Assembly: GCA_028866135.1 (NCBI GenBank)
Contig: JAGWIS010000003.1
Location: 1 to 43,654 of the forward strand
DNA from: Patescibacteria group bacterium
GTDB taxonomy: Bacteria; Patescibacteriota; Minisyncoccia; Phycocordibacterales; Phycocordibacteraceae
Direction: 5' to 3'
Length of the DNA: 43,654 bases
Within the stretch, counting starts at the first letter, position 1. Every line of letters begins with the position of its first letter. Shown in pieces: positions 35,603 through 43,654 of the stretch. The position numbers and the translations under genes are program-made. The notes under the pieces are model-generated. The model searched no databases and was not told the DNA's origin. It was given only the letters and a program-made list of their open reading frames with translations.

Positions 35603-36145
35603 ATGGTCACGAAAAGGCTAGTCAGCGTTTTGGCCTGCGGCCTTTTCGCCGCAGTCTTGGGTGGGTGTGCCGGGTCCTATTGGGGGTCCTATGTGCCGGA
35701 CCCAAAGTTTCCTAAGCTGGCCCTTGCACCAGACGATGAACAACAGGGGGCAGCCCAGGAGGCGACAGAAAAGCCGGACTGTGTCCTCGTCGGCGGCAGC
35801 AAGTACTGCAAGGAAAGAGTGGTGCCGTCAGTGCGAAGGGGCACGGACAGATGGGCGAAGAAGTATTACTGCGCCGAGCCACACACTTGGGTAAAGGTCT
35901 CGGAGGAAGTCTCGATTTGTGCTCCGACGGGGTCAGGGAAAAGGTTTGTTCCCTCGAACACCACCGTCATCCAGTCGCCTTGTTTGATGAGCTGGTGGGG
36001 ATGCGGCGGGTGGGGCTTGGGAGCCTCTTATGGAGTGCCCTACTCGGTTCAACAGACGCCGCAAACTCAACAGACGGAGTTAGAAGAGCTTAAGAATCTG
36101 CGACTGCAGAATCAGAAACTGATGGAACTGTTGCAGAAGAAGTAG
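35603..36145 (+). CDS. Cys-containing putative lipoprotein
   Basis: Signal peptide with lipobox-like LGGC, several Cys, C-terminal coiled-coil; own promoter, SD and terminator. Confidence 0.7.
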   Translation: MVTKRLVSVLACGLFAAVLGGCAGSYWGSYVPDPKFPKLALAPDDEQQGAAQEATEKPDCVLVGGSKYCKERVVPSVRRGTDRWAKKYYCAEPHTWVKVSEEVSICAPTGSGKRFVPSNTTVIQSPCLMSWWGCGGWGLGASYGVPYSVQQTPQTQQTELEELKNLRLQNQKLMELLQKK

Positions 36146-36156
36146 CCCCTGTTTTA

Positions 36157-36195
36157 TGCGCCCGTTTCCGGAAGGGAACGGGCGCACTTTCTTTT
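36157..36195 (+). terminator. Rho-independent terminator
   Basis: TGCGCCCGTT...AACGGGCGCA stem followed by CTTTCTTTT. Confidence 0.7.
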
Positions 36196-36214
36196 ATAGC
36201 GGTACAATTGGCTT

Positions 36215-36670
36215 GTGGCTGAGAAAACAGTTAAAACGCTTGCAGAGTTCGAGAGCGAGGCGGCGCGGTTCGCGCTCTCGCTTGCACCGATTGACCGAGC
36301 GACCCTCGTTATGCTTTCAGGAGAGCTTGGAGCAGGGAAGACTGCGTTTACCAAAGCAGCCGCTCGTACACTTGGAGTGGAGGAGACGGTAAACAGTCCG
36401 ACGTTCGTTCTCGAGAAAATCTATTTGCTGCCGCGCAAAGAGGGACATCCGATGTCCGACTTTGCGCGGCTTGTGCATATCGACGCGTACCGACTCGAAA
36501 AGGGAAGCGATCTCGCTCCGCTCGGTTTCGACGAGCTCATGAAGGATTCCGGAAACCTCATTTTGCTCGAGTGGCCGGAGAAAGTGGCCGACGCCCTCCC
36601 GACTCCCTCTGTGCGCATTTCCATAACAACTCTTCCGGACGATTCGCGCACCATCTCCTATGCCCCGTAG
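36215..36670 (+). CDS. tsaE: tRNA t6A biosynthesis ATPase TsaE
   Basis: GELGAGKT, V.SPTF, HIDAYRL, EWPE. Confidence 0.95.
   Translation: MAEKTVKTLAEFESEAARFALSLAPIDRATLVMLSGELGAGKTAFTKAAARTLGVEETVNSPTFVLEKIYLLPRKEGHPMSDFARLVHIDAYRLEKGSDLAPLGFDELMKDSGNLILLEWPEKVADALPTPSVRISITTLPDDSRTISYAP
36430..36470. repeat. In-frame hairpin inside tsaE
   Basis: GCCGCGCAAAG-ag-GGACATC-c-GATGTCC-ga-CTTTGCGCGGC. Confidence 0.75.
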
Positions 36671-36692
36671 TAGAATTTCGGCTTGACAGGGT

Positions 36693-39077
36693 ATGGCTAA
36701 AAAGACATCCGTAAAAAAACGCATCGTGCTCTTGGATTCTCATGCGATCATCCATCGCGCGTATCACGCGCTCCCGGAGTTCACCGGCCCCTCCGGCGCG
36801 CCCACGGGTGCTTTGTACGGGCTCGTTGCGATGCTCCTTAAGATAATTACCGACCTGAAGCCCGACTATCTCGCGGCGTGCTTCGACCTGCCGAAGCCGA
36901 CCATCCGCCACGAAGCCTATGAGCACTACAAAGCGACGCGCGTGAAAACTGACGACGCACTTGCGCTCCAATTGAATGAATCGCGTAAGGTATTCGAAGC
37001 ATTCTCGATTCCGCTCTACGAGCGAGAGGGATTTGAAGCGGACGATCTCCTCGGCACCATCGCGCACGAACTGCGGGAAGAAGGCGTCGACGTCATCATC
37101 GCCTCGGGCGACATGGACGCGCTTCAGCTCGTCGACGACAAACGCGTCCGGGTTTACACGCTCAAGAAAGGCATCAATGACACGATTTTGTATGACGAGA
37201 AGGCAGTCATCGAGCGCTATGGCTTCAAGCCGGAACTCATCCCCGACTGGAAAGGGCTTCGCGGCGACCCCTCTGACAACATCAAGGGCGTTCCCGGCAT
37301 CGGCGAAAAGACGGCAACGGAGCTCGTGAAAGGTTTCGGCACCATCGAGAAGATGTATGCGGCCCTGAAGAAGGGTGATGCCGCATTTCTAAAAAAAGGA
37401 GTGAAGGCCCGCATGATCGGGCTCCTTCGTGAGCACGAAGAAGATGCGCGTTTCTCGAAATCCCTTGCGACGATACGGACCGATGCGCCCATCGCCTTCA
37501 CGCTGCCTGCGGGTGCGTGGCGTGAGACGGTGGATTTACAAAAAATTCTCGCGATGTGCGAGGGATTCGGTTTCCGTTCGCTTCGAGAACGGGCGAAGAA
37601 GATTCTCGCAAACGGCGACGAGGCAGAAACAGAAAACCCTTTGTTTGTTGCACCCGCTCCTGAAGAAGTAGACCCAACGAAGCTTGCAGAAGCGCAGGCG
37701 ATGCTCTGGCTCATTTCTTCGGAGTTCACAAACCCCTCGCTCGACGACATACTCGCATTCACCAAAGAACGAGTGTTCGCCGCTGCATACGCGAAGCTTG
37801 AGGGTCAGCTCGCCGCTTCGGGCCGGGTGCAAGAGGTGTACGAGCATATCGAAAAGCCGCTCATACCGGTCGTGCGCAGGATGGAGGAGCGCGGCGTGCG
37901 CATTGATCCGGACGTGCTCGATTCTCTCGCGGAGAAATACCGCTCCGAACTCAAGCAGATCGAGAAGCGCATCTATAAGGCGGCCGGGCGCGAATTCAAT
38001 GTGAGCTCCCCGAAACAGCTCGGCGAAGTTCTTTTCGATGAGCTGAAGATTGTTCCGGAGAAGCAGAAGAAGACGGCGGGCGGTCAGCGTTCAACCCGCG
38101 AGAGCGAGCTCGAAAAGATTCGCGACGAGCATCCGATCGTGGCCGACATCCTCGACTACCGCGAATTGAAAAAACTCCTTTCGACCTACATCGAAAACCT
38201 GCCGCCACTACTTGATGACGACCACCGTCTTCATGCGCAGTTCCTCCAGACCGGGACGACGACGGGCCGCATGGCGAGCCAGAATCCGAATTTGCAGAAC
38301 ATCCCGCTCCACTCTGAGCGCGGGCGCGCGATACGCCACGCTTTCGTCGCATCAAAAGGTTTCAAGCTCGTGGCACTCGATTATTCTCAGATAGAACTGC
38401 GGCTCGCGGCGATCCTTTCGGGAGACGAAAAACTCTGCAAGATATTCAAGAGCGGACGGGACGTGCACCGGGAGGTCGCGGCGCAGGTATTTCATGTTGC
38501 GCCCGAGGCGGTCGATCTTGAGATGCGCCGGAGGGCGAAGGTCATCAATTTCGGCATCCTCTACGGCATGGGGGTGAACGCGCTTCGTGCCCAGCTCGAC
38601 TCGACGACCGCGGAAGCGCATCAGTACCTCGAGGAGTATTTCGCGACGTTCAAAACCCTTTCCGAATACCTCGAGCGCACGAAAGGATTTGCGAGAAAGC
38701 ACGGCTACACCGAGACGTTGTTTGGCCGCCGCCGGCAGTTTCCGGAAATGAAATCCTCATTGCCTTACGTGCGGGCTCAAGCGGAGCGCATGGCCATTAA
38801 TGCGCCTCTCCAGGGAACGCAGGCCGACATCATCAAGCTCGCAATGGTGCGTGTCGACGAGATGCTCAAAAAGGAAGGCGCGCTTGACGACGCCTATCTG
38901 CTGCTTCAGGTGCACGACGAGTTGGTGTACGAGATCCGTGCTGAACGGGTCGCGACACTCGCTGCCAAAATAAAAGAACTCATGGAGTCGGTGTTGCCGC
39001 AAAAGGAGACCCGCGGCGTGCCGGTCGAAACGGTGATGAAGTCCGGAGATGATTGGGGCGCGATGCGCGCCATTTAA
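36693..39077 (+). CDS. polA: DNA polymerase I lacking most of the 3'-5' exonuclease domain
   Basis: 5'-3' exonuclease (EADD, GDPSDNIKGVPGIGEKTA); polymerase motifs TGRMASQNPNLQNIP, DYSQIELR, AKVINFGILYG, QVHDE; 794 aa. Confidence 0.96.
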   Translation: MAKKTSVKKRIVLLDSHAIIHRAYHALPEFTGPSGAPTGALYGLVAMLLKIITDLKPDYLAACFDLPKPTIRHEAYEHYKATRVKTDDALALQLNESRKVFEAFSIPLYEREGFEADDLLGTIAHELREEGVDVIIASGDMDALQLVDDKRVRVYTLKKGINDTILYDEKAVIERYGFKPELIPDWKGLRGDPSDNIKGVPGIGEKTATELVKGFGTIEKMYAALKKGDAAFLKKGVKARMIGLLREHEEDARFSKSLATIRTDAPIAFTLPAGAWRETVDLQKILAMCEGFGFRSLRERAKKILANGDEAETENPLFVAPAPEEVDPTKLAEAQAMLWLISSEFTNPSLDDILAFTKERVFAAAYAKLEGQLAASGRVQEVYEHIEKPLIPVVRRMEERGVRIDPDVLDSLAEKYRSELKQIEKRIYKAAGREFNVSSPKQLGEVLFDELKIVPEKQKKTAGGQRSTRESELEKIRDEHPIVADILDYRELKKLLSTYIENLPPLLDDDHRLHAQFLQTGTTTGRMASQNPNLQNIPLHSERGRAIRHAFVASKGFKLVALDYSQIELRLAAILSGDEKLCKIFKSGRDVHREVAAQVFHVAPEAVDLEMRRRAKVINFGILYGMGVNALRAQLDSTTAEAHQYLEEYFATFKTLSEYLERTKGFARKHGYTETLFGRRRQFPEMKSSLPYVRAQAERMAINAPLQGTQADIIKLAMVRVDEMLKKEGALDDAYLLLQVHDELVYEIRAERVATLAAKIKELMESVLPQKETRGVPVETVMKSGDDWGAMRAI

Positions 39078-39079
39078 AC

Positions 39080-39805
39080 ATGCTGTACCTTTTCTACGGC
39101 TCGGACGTGGAGAAAGCTCGGACGAAAGCGTTCGAGTGGGTCGCGAAGGCGCGGACGAAAGAGCCGAGTCTCGCATACGCGCGGCTTGCGCGCGAGGAAC
39201 TGACTCCCGCCGCGCTCGAAGACGCCGCGCTCTCGAGCGGACTTTTCGTGAAGCGTCTTTTGATACTCATCGACGATCCTTTTCCCTCCGCGCGCGCCGC
39301 CGATGAAGAGGGGGAAGAGGAAGCAAGCGCAGGCATACTTGAAGACCATATTGATGCGCTCGCTGCATCTGACAATGCCATCGTCATTCTCGCCCCCAAG
39401 CTTTCTGCAGCGAAAGCAAAAAAGATCGCCGCAAAAGCAAAAGTCGAATACGCGTACGACAAGCCCGCCGCAAGAGAAGAGCGGGGTTTTAACGGCAATC
39501 TCGTGAATGCGCTCGCCGCGCGTCAGCGGGAAAAGCTCTGGCTCGAGATCAATCGCGCGCTTCGCGCGGGCGATGCTCCCGAAATGCTCCACGGCCTCCT
39601 CCACTGGAAAGCGCGCGATCTGATGGAAAAGGCTAAAGCCTCCGGAGGCGGCTCGCCCGACGTTTCCACGTCTAGGGGCGCCCGCGCGTGGGCTCCGAAA
39701 GAAGCACGCGCCCTCTCGCTCGCGCTCATTGCTCTTCTCCAGGAATCCCGGCGCGGCGGGCTCGACCTTGATATCGCGCTTGAGGAATTCGCACTTTCTA
39801 TATAA
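39080..39805 (+). CDS. holA: DNA polymerase III delta subunit-like protein
   Basis: MLYLFYGSD N-terminus, ..GLF.KRLLILI pattern, C-terminal helical collar; divergent. Confidence 0.65.
   Translation: MLYLFYGSDVEKARTKAFEWVAKARTKEPSLAYARLAREELTPAALEDAALSSGLFVKRLLILIDDPFPSARAADEEGEEEASAGILEDHIDALAASDNAIVILAPKLSAAKAKKIAAKAKVEYAYDKPAAREERGFNGNLVNALAARQREKLWLEINRALRAGDAPEMLHGLLHWKARDLMEKAKASGGGSPDVSTSRGARAWAPKEARALSLALIALLQESRRGGLDLDIALEEFALSI
39631..39682 (+). repeat. 52-bp structured in-frame insert, copy 2 (in holA-like gene)
   Basis: GGCTAAAGCCTCCGGAGGCGGCTCGCCCGACGTTTCCACGTCTAGGGGCGCC, homologous to the sod insert. Confidence 0.85.
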
Positions 39806-39825
39806 TAGGTAGATACTATAATCCC

Positions 39826-40161
39826 ATGCAATTTGCAGATTTTCAGAAGTTTATAAACGAGCAAGACAATCTTCTTCGCCAAGCAATTCACACAGGCCTT
39901 TCTGAGAAAGAGATTGCTCTGACTCGCACAGTGAAATTGGGCGAAGAATTCGGTGAATTATGTGATGAGGTCCTTGCATCATTTGGTAATCAGCGGACAG
40001 GAAAGATGGAAAAAAAGGACGCAGATGGTCTTGCCGATGAATTTGCCGACGTAACCATCGTGACGTTCCTTCTCGCGAAGTCAATGAATATCGACATCAT
40101 GAATGCACTCGCTCGCAAGATCGAGAAAATAAAAACGAAGCACAATCAGCAACTGAACTAA
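39826..40161 (+). CDS. MazG-like nucleotide pyrophosphohydrolase
   Basis: KLGEEFGELCDEV...LADEFADV acidic motifs; lower GC. Confidence 0.85.
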   Translation: MQFADFQKFINEQDNLLRQAIHTGLSEKEIALTRTVKLGEEFGELCDEVLASFGNQRTGKMEKKDADGLADEFADVTIVTFLLAKSMNIDIMNALARKIEKIKTKHNQQLN

Positions 40162-40168
40162 TGTTTTG

Positions 40169-40241
40169 TGCGCCCGGATGGGATCGAACCATCGACCAAC
40201 GGATTAAAAGTCCGCTGCTCTACCAACTGAGCTACGGGCGC
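40169..40241 (-). tRNA. tRNA-Lys (anticodon UUU); CCA not encoded
   Basis: Acceptor GCGCCCG/CGGGCGC, D arm GCTC/GAGC, anticodon loop CT-TTT-AA, T arm GATGG-TTCGATC-CCATC. Confidence 0.97.
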
Positions 40242-40376
40242 GAAGTGAGGAAGAAAGAATGAGCGTCTTCACTCATTCTTTCTCTCCGAACGAGCGCTCG
40301 TATCGAGTCTGCGAAGATACGGGCGCGAATCGGCTTCTCCTCATTTCAGTAATCTACTCTTTTTAACGTCTTTTTC

Positions 40377-41333
40377 CTAGTAGTTGAACGCATCGACCGT
40401 TTTCCCGTTCACGTCGATAAGCTTCACGATTTCATGCTGCGCCCGCCACATCGCCGTCGTGCGGCCGAGATAGATGCGCCACGTGGTGCCGTTGAAATCG
40501 GGGTCGTTCCTGTGCGCATCGACACACCCATTGTAATTGAGATACTTGATGAGAAAGCTCTGGCATGCGCCCGAAACGCTTATCGGAGGCGAGAGCGCTA
40601 CTTGGCAGCGCGACAGACTTTTCACGTAGTCGACGCAGGCGGAATCGCGGATGTAGCTGTCGCCGTAAAACGAGGCGAGCTCGTCAGACGGAGCCGGGCA
40701 GTTCTGAGGCAAAGCGGGAGAAAATTTCTGGAAGTTGCCGAAATAGCCGATGCACTTATTTTCGCGGAAAGAAGCTCCGATGGGGGATTGCCCGGAAATG
40801 ACGAGAGCGTTCTCTCCCGGAGAAAGCACGATATCCGCCGCCGCATTTATGATGCCTGAAGCGGGAACGTCGGTTCCTTTCGGGATGATTGTCGAGTTTC
40901 CGCTCGCGTCGCTTTGAAGCGTCCACTCCGAAAGGTCGACCGGCACGCCGGCATTCTGCGATACGGAAATTTCTACATACTCATTTCCCGGATCAGAGGA
41001 CCCAGCTCCCGAGATGTAGTGATTCATCCACACGAGGGAGCGGAAGGGCGACGGGATTCCGAAGACGCCTCCTCCGCCAAGCGTCGGTAGCGTTGTTTGG
41101 CTCCCGCTCGTCGCACCGCCGCTTGAGGAGCCCGGCAGGGACACGTTTGAGCCGCCGATGATGAAGGGCGATCGGGGAAGCGAGAGGTAGGTGCCGCCGC
41201 CGAGCGCACCTGGCTCGGCGAGCCGCGGGCCGGTAAATGCGATGGGGTGGAGCGGGCCTCCGGTCGCAGCCCATATGAGGAATATGAAGATGAAAATGCC
41301 TATGAAAAACCACGCATCATGCATGTCGCTCAT
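40377..41333 (-). CDS. Membrane-anchored protein with a lamin-tail-like domain and Cys-rich insert
   Basis: N-terminal TM; EYVEI....VDLSEWTL, L.PGE and VKLID.NGKTVD.F.Y are typical lamin-tail-domain strands. Confidence 0.7.
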   Translation of the reverse strand: MSDMHDAWFFIGIFIFIFLIWAATGGPLHPIAFTGPRLAEPGALGGGTYLSLPRSPFIIGGSNVSLPGSSSGGATSGSQTTLPTLGGGGVFGIPSPFRSLVWMNHYISGAGSSDPGNEYVEISVSQNAGVPVDLSEWTLQSDASGNSTIIPKGTDVPASGIINAAADIVLSPGENALVISGQSPIGASFRENKCIGYFGNFQKFSPALPQNCPAPSDELASFYGDSYIRDSACVDYVKSLSRCQVALSPPISVSGACQSFLIKYLNYNGCVDAHRNDPDFNGTTWRIYLGRTTAMWRAQHEIVKLIDVNGKTVDAFNY

Positions 41334-41345
41334 GCGGGTATAGTA

Positions 41346-42623
41346 TCAAAGTTTGCTAAGAAGTCGCTCCAGCTCTTCTCGAGCGACGCGGGCGTCGCTC
41401 CAGGGGTTTTTAGTTCCGCGCGGCCCCATGATGAAGGGATCGGTGCCTTTGCCGGAGATGAGCACTGCGTCGCCGGAGCGCGCTCGAGCAAGCGCGCTCC
41501 GGATTGCTTCCCGCCTATCCATGATGATTTCGGGCGTGCGACGCATGCCACGCGCCACGGCATCGATGATGGCTCGCGGATCTTCGTCATAGGGATCTTC
41601 GTTCGTGAGGATGACTGTCGCACATGCTTCTTCTGCGATTTTGCCCATTTCCGGGCGTTTCCACGCATCGCGACCGCCGCCGGTATTTCCGAGGACGCAG
41701 ATTTTCCGCTGTTTCGGGAATGCGCTGTAGAGCGCCCGAAGCGAGTCGGGCGTGTGCGCATAGTCGACGACGACGAGAAAATCCTGTCCGGCGTCAATAT
41801 GCTCCACGCGCCCGCGCACGGCAGGAAGCGCCGCGAGCGCGGCAGCGGCCGTGGAGAGCGGCACGCCGAGCGCCACGCACGCCTTCACGGCAGCGAGCGC
41901 GTTCATCGCGTTAAACGTGCCGGGAAGCGGAAGAGAGAAATGCATCTCTCCATATTCAAAACTGATGCCGCGTTCGTTGCCCTGCAGATGCTTGAGCTCG
42001 CTCTCTTTAAACCCGATTGCTTTTGTAACGGGAAGAGAAAGGAACGCGCGGCTTTCGGGGACATCTTCATTTGCGACGAGGATTTTCGAGCGTTTCGGCG
42101 AGTGAACGAGGGCGTCCACGATGGCGCGCTTGGCAGCGACGTACTTTTCGAAAGAACCATGCCGCTCGATGTGTTCGCGCTGGATATTCGTGACGACGAG
42201 CGCATCAAGCTCGAGAAACTGATGCCGGTATTGGAGCACGCCTTCGGAGGTCAACTCCACGATGATATGCGTGCAGCCGGCTCGGAGCGCACGATGCATG
42301 AATGCCTGGGTGAACCCGCGCCCTTGCAGGGTCATTTTTTCCAGATTTGGCTCGGAATGATCCTCGATAGCGGAGCGGATCGTTGAAAGGAGCGCGGTCG
42401 TATATCCCTCGCCGCGCAGAATCGAGAACACCATTTCCGCAACCGTCGATTTTCCTTTAGTGCCGGTGATGCCGATCACGACCAGCTTCCTAGCAGGGAA
42501 TCCATACCAGAGCGCCATGAAAAAACCGAGGAAGCGGTGATACGCTGGAAGGAGTGGCCGCACGAGTGAGCGCGGCACGATTTTTTTCAAGACACGGACG
42601 ATACGGTCGACGATCTCGTACAT
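41346..42623 (-). CDS. murE: Mur ligase (MurE-like)
   Basis: GITGTKGKST, ELTSEG, TNIQREHIERH, GRVE, DYAHTPD, EDPYDED, GKG. Confidence 0.85.
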   Translation of the reverse strand: MYEIVDRIVRVLKKIVPRSLVRPLLPAYHRFLGFFMALWYGFPARKLVVIGITGTKGKSTVAEMVFSILRGEGYTTALLSTIRSAIEDHSEPNLEKMTLQGRGFTQAFMHRALRAGCTHIIVELTSEGVLQYRHQFLELDALVVTNIQREHIERHGSFEKYVAAKRAIVDALVHSPKRSKILVANEDVPESRAFLSLPVTKAIGFKESELKHLQGNERGISFEYGEMHFSLPLPGTFNAMNALAAVKACVALGVPLSTAAAALAALPAVRGRVEHIDAGQDFLVVVDYAHTPDSLRALYSAFPKQRKICVLGNTGGGRDAWKRPEMGKIAEEACATVILTNEDPYDEDPRAIIDAVARGMRRTPEIIMDRREAIRSALARARSGDAVLISGKGTDPFIMGPRGTKNPWSDARVAREELERLLSKL

Positions 42624-42626
42624 GAC

Positions 42627-43172
42627 TTAGTTGCCCGAGGAAAGTGCCGCCTTGAGGCGCTGATCTTTGCCGACGATATGTTCAGGCACCGCCTGAAGCG
42701 CTTTGCGCGCCTCGCGCTCGGTGTAGCCGAGCGCGACGAGCGTATCGAATACTTCGCCATCGGCGTTGTCGTGCGAGCGCGGTCCGATTTTATCGGCGAG
42801 CTCGACGAGCATCTTCTCGGCGCTTTTCTTGCCGAGACCGACGACTTTCGTGAGATACGCGAGATCGCGTTTGCTGATGGCGCCTTCGAGCGCTTCGCGC
42901 GTCGAGCGGCGCAGTACGGAGAGGGCAGTTTTAGGGCCGACGCCGGGGATGGACATCATGAGTTCGAAGAAGTCGCGGTCGGCGGCATCGGGGAAGCCAT
43001 AGAGTTCCATGCCGTCCTGTTTTATCGCAAGATAGGTTGCGAGATTTGCTTCGCTTCCCACCGAGAGCGCAGAGGGCGCACTCATGCGCACCTCGACGCC
43101 GAAGCCCGCCACTTCGATGACGGCGCTTACCGGCCCCGTCGAAAGCACCTTGCCGCGAATCTGCCGGATCAT
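42627..43172 (-). CDS. ruvA: Holliday junction DNA-binding protein RuvA
   Basis: MIRQIRG, LYGF, IPGVGPKTAL, GLGKKSAEKMLVEL, LVALGY. Confidence 0.95.
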   Translation of the reverse strand: MIRQIRGKVLSTGPVSAVIEVAGFGVEVRMSAPSALSVGSEANLATYLAIKQDGMELYGFPDAADRDFFELMMSIPGVGPKTALSVLRRSTREALEGAISKRDLAYLTKVVGLGKKSAEKMLVELADKIGPRSHDNADGEVFDTLVALGYTEREARKALQAVPEHIVGKDQRLKAALSSGN

Positions 43173-43232
43173 GCCGCTCATCGTACTACCATTTGCCAGA
43201 GAACGGGAGATAGCGTATATATGAGGACACAT

Positions 43233-43499
43233 ATGGCTATTACCAGTTCCGCAAAGAAGGCGATCCGAGCTTCGGCAAAGAAGCATGTCTTCAACCTGCG
43301 CCGCGCGTATGCGCTTCACGATGCGACGAAGTCGCTCAAGAAAGCGCTTGCCGCCAAAGATGCCGCCGGAGCAGAGAAGCTCCTCCCGGCGGCCTACCAG
43401 GCTATCGACAAGGCAATGAAGCGCGGCGTCATCAAGAGCAACACTGCCGATCGCAAGAAATCCCGTCTCGCTGCTGCGATTAAGCGAGCGAAAGCATAA
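43233..43499 (+). CDS. rpsT: 30S ribosomal protein S20
   Basis: MAITSSAKKAIR...IDKAMKRGVIKSNTADRKKSRL. Confidence 0.95.
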   Translation: MAITSSAKKAIRASAKKHVFNLRRAYALHDATKSLKKALAAKDAAGAEKLLPAAYQAIDKAMKRGVIKSNTADRKKSRLAAAIKRAKA

Positions 43500-43517
43500 G
43501 CCGGAATCAAAAATAAA

Positions 43518-43546
43518 GAACCCTGGGCTCACGCCACAGGGTATTC
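43518..43546. mobile_element. IS200/IS605-type end hairpin
   Basis: CCCTG-GGC-tcac-GCC-a-CAGGG bulged hairpin immediately after the tnpA stop. Confidence 0.6.
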
Positions 43547-43549
43547 TCT

Positions 43550-43654
43550 TCAGTCAAACAGCGAAGCTGTTTGACCCGCATCCAATTCGCCTTGCTTTGC
43601 AATATAACGCTTGATGGTGTCGGTGGTAACTCCAACGGTGGAGACGAAATAGCC
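43550..43654 (-). CDS. tnpA: IS200/IS605-family Y1 transposase, C-terminal 34 aa (rest outside the window)
   Basis: Manual translation GYFVSTVGVTTDTIKRYIAKQGELDAGQTASLFD*; GYFVSTVG plus catalytic YxxxQ helix. Confidence 0.88.
   Translation of the reverse strand, partial: GYFVSTVGVTTDTIKRYIAKQGELDAGQTASLFD

Noticed and set aside
39806-40241. Genomic island integrated at the tRNA-Lys 3' end (low-GC MazG gene)
   Set aside because: No att duplication of the tRNA 3' end and no integrase found
1-43654. CRISPR array or cas genes
   Set aside because: No regularly spaced direct repeats; the palindromes are dispersed singletons
1-43654. Genetic code 25 (TGA read as Gly)
   Set aside because: Conserved genes (pilB, tpiA, recJ, dnaA) end at TGA at expected lengths under code 11

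Overview
Core-chromosome window of a high-GC Patescibacteria/CPR (Parcubacteria-like) bacterium spanning the probable replication origin (yidC-rnpA-rpmH | dnaA-dnaN). The taxonomy is inferred from gene content, not from a search. It carries housekeeping genes (clpP, ppa, nusA, tpiA, pgk, recJ, rnhA, sod, rpmB, PBP1A, ruvABC, yebC, tsaE, polA, holA-like, murE-like, rpsT, tRNA-Lys), a type IV pilus cluster plus a second PilB, a split ComEC, a chromosomal T4SS-like cluster (PrgI, VirB4-like, T4SS pilin) and the 3' end of an IS200/IS605 transposase. The most striking unexplained layer is a dense set of more than a dozen short (40-160 bp) hairpin-forming elements in several families, many ending in CCC(G)...(C)GGG. 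They sit in frame inside conserved proteins (RecJ, SOD, HolA, TsaE, a prepilin leader) or exactly at start codons, where the ATG appears on both sides at offsets divisible by 3. Two copies of one family show compensatory base changes. Also seen: an unannotated 34-aa hyperacidic ORF, frequent -10 boxes just upstream of start codons (leaderless-type), and a compact oriC candidate.
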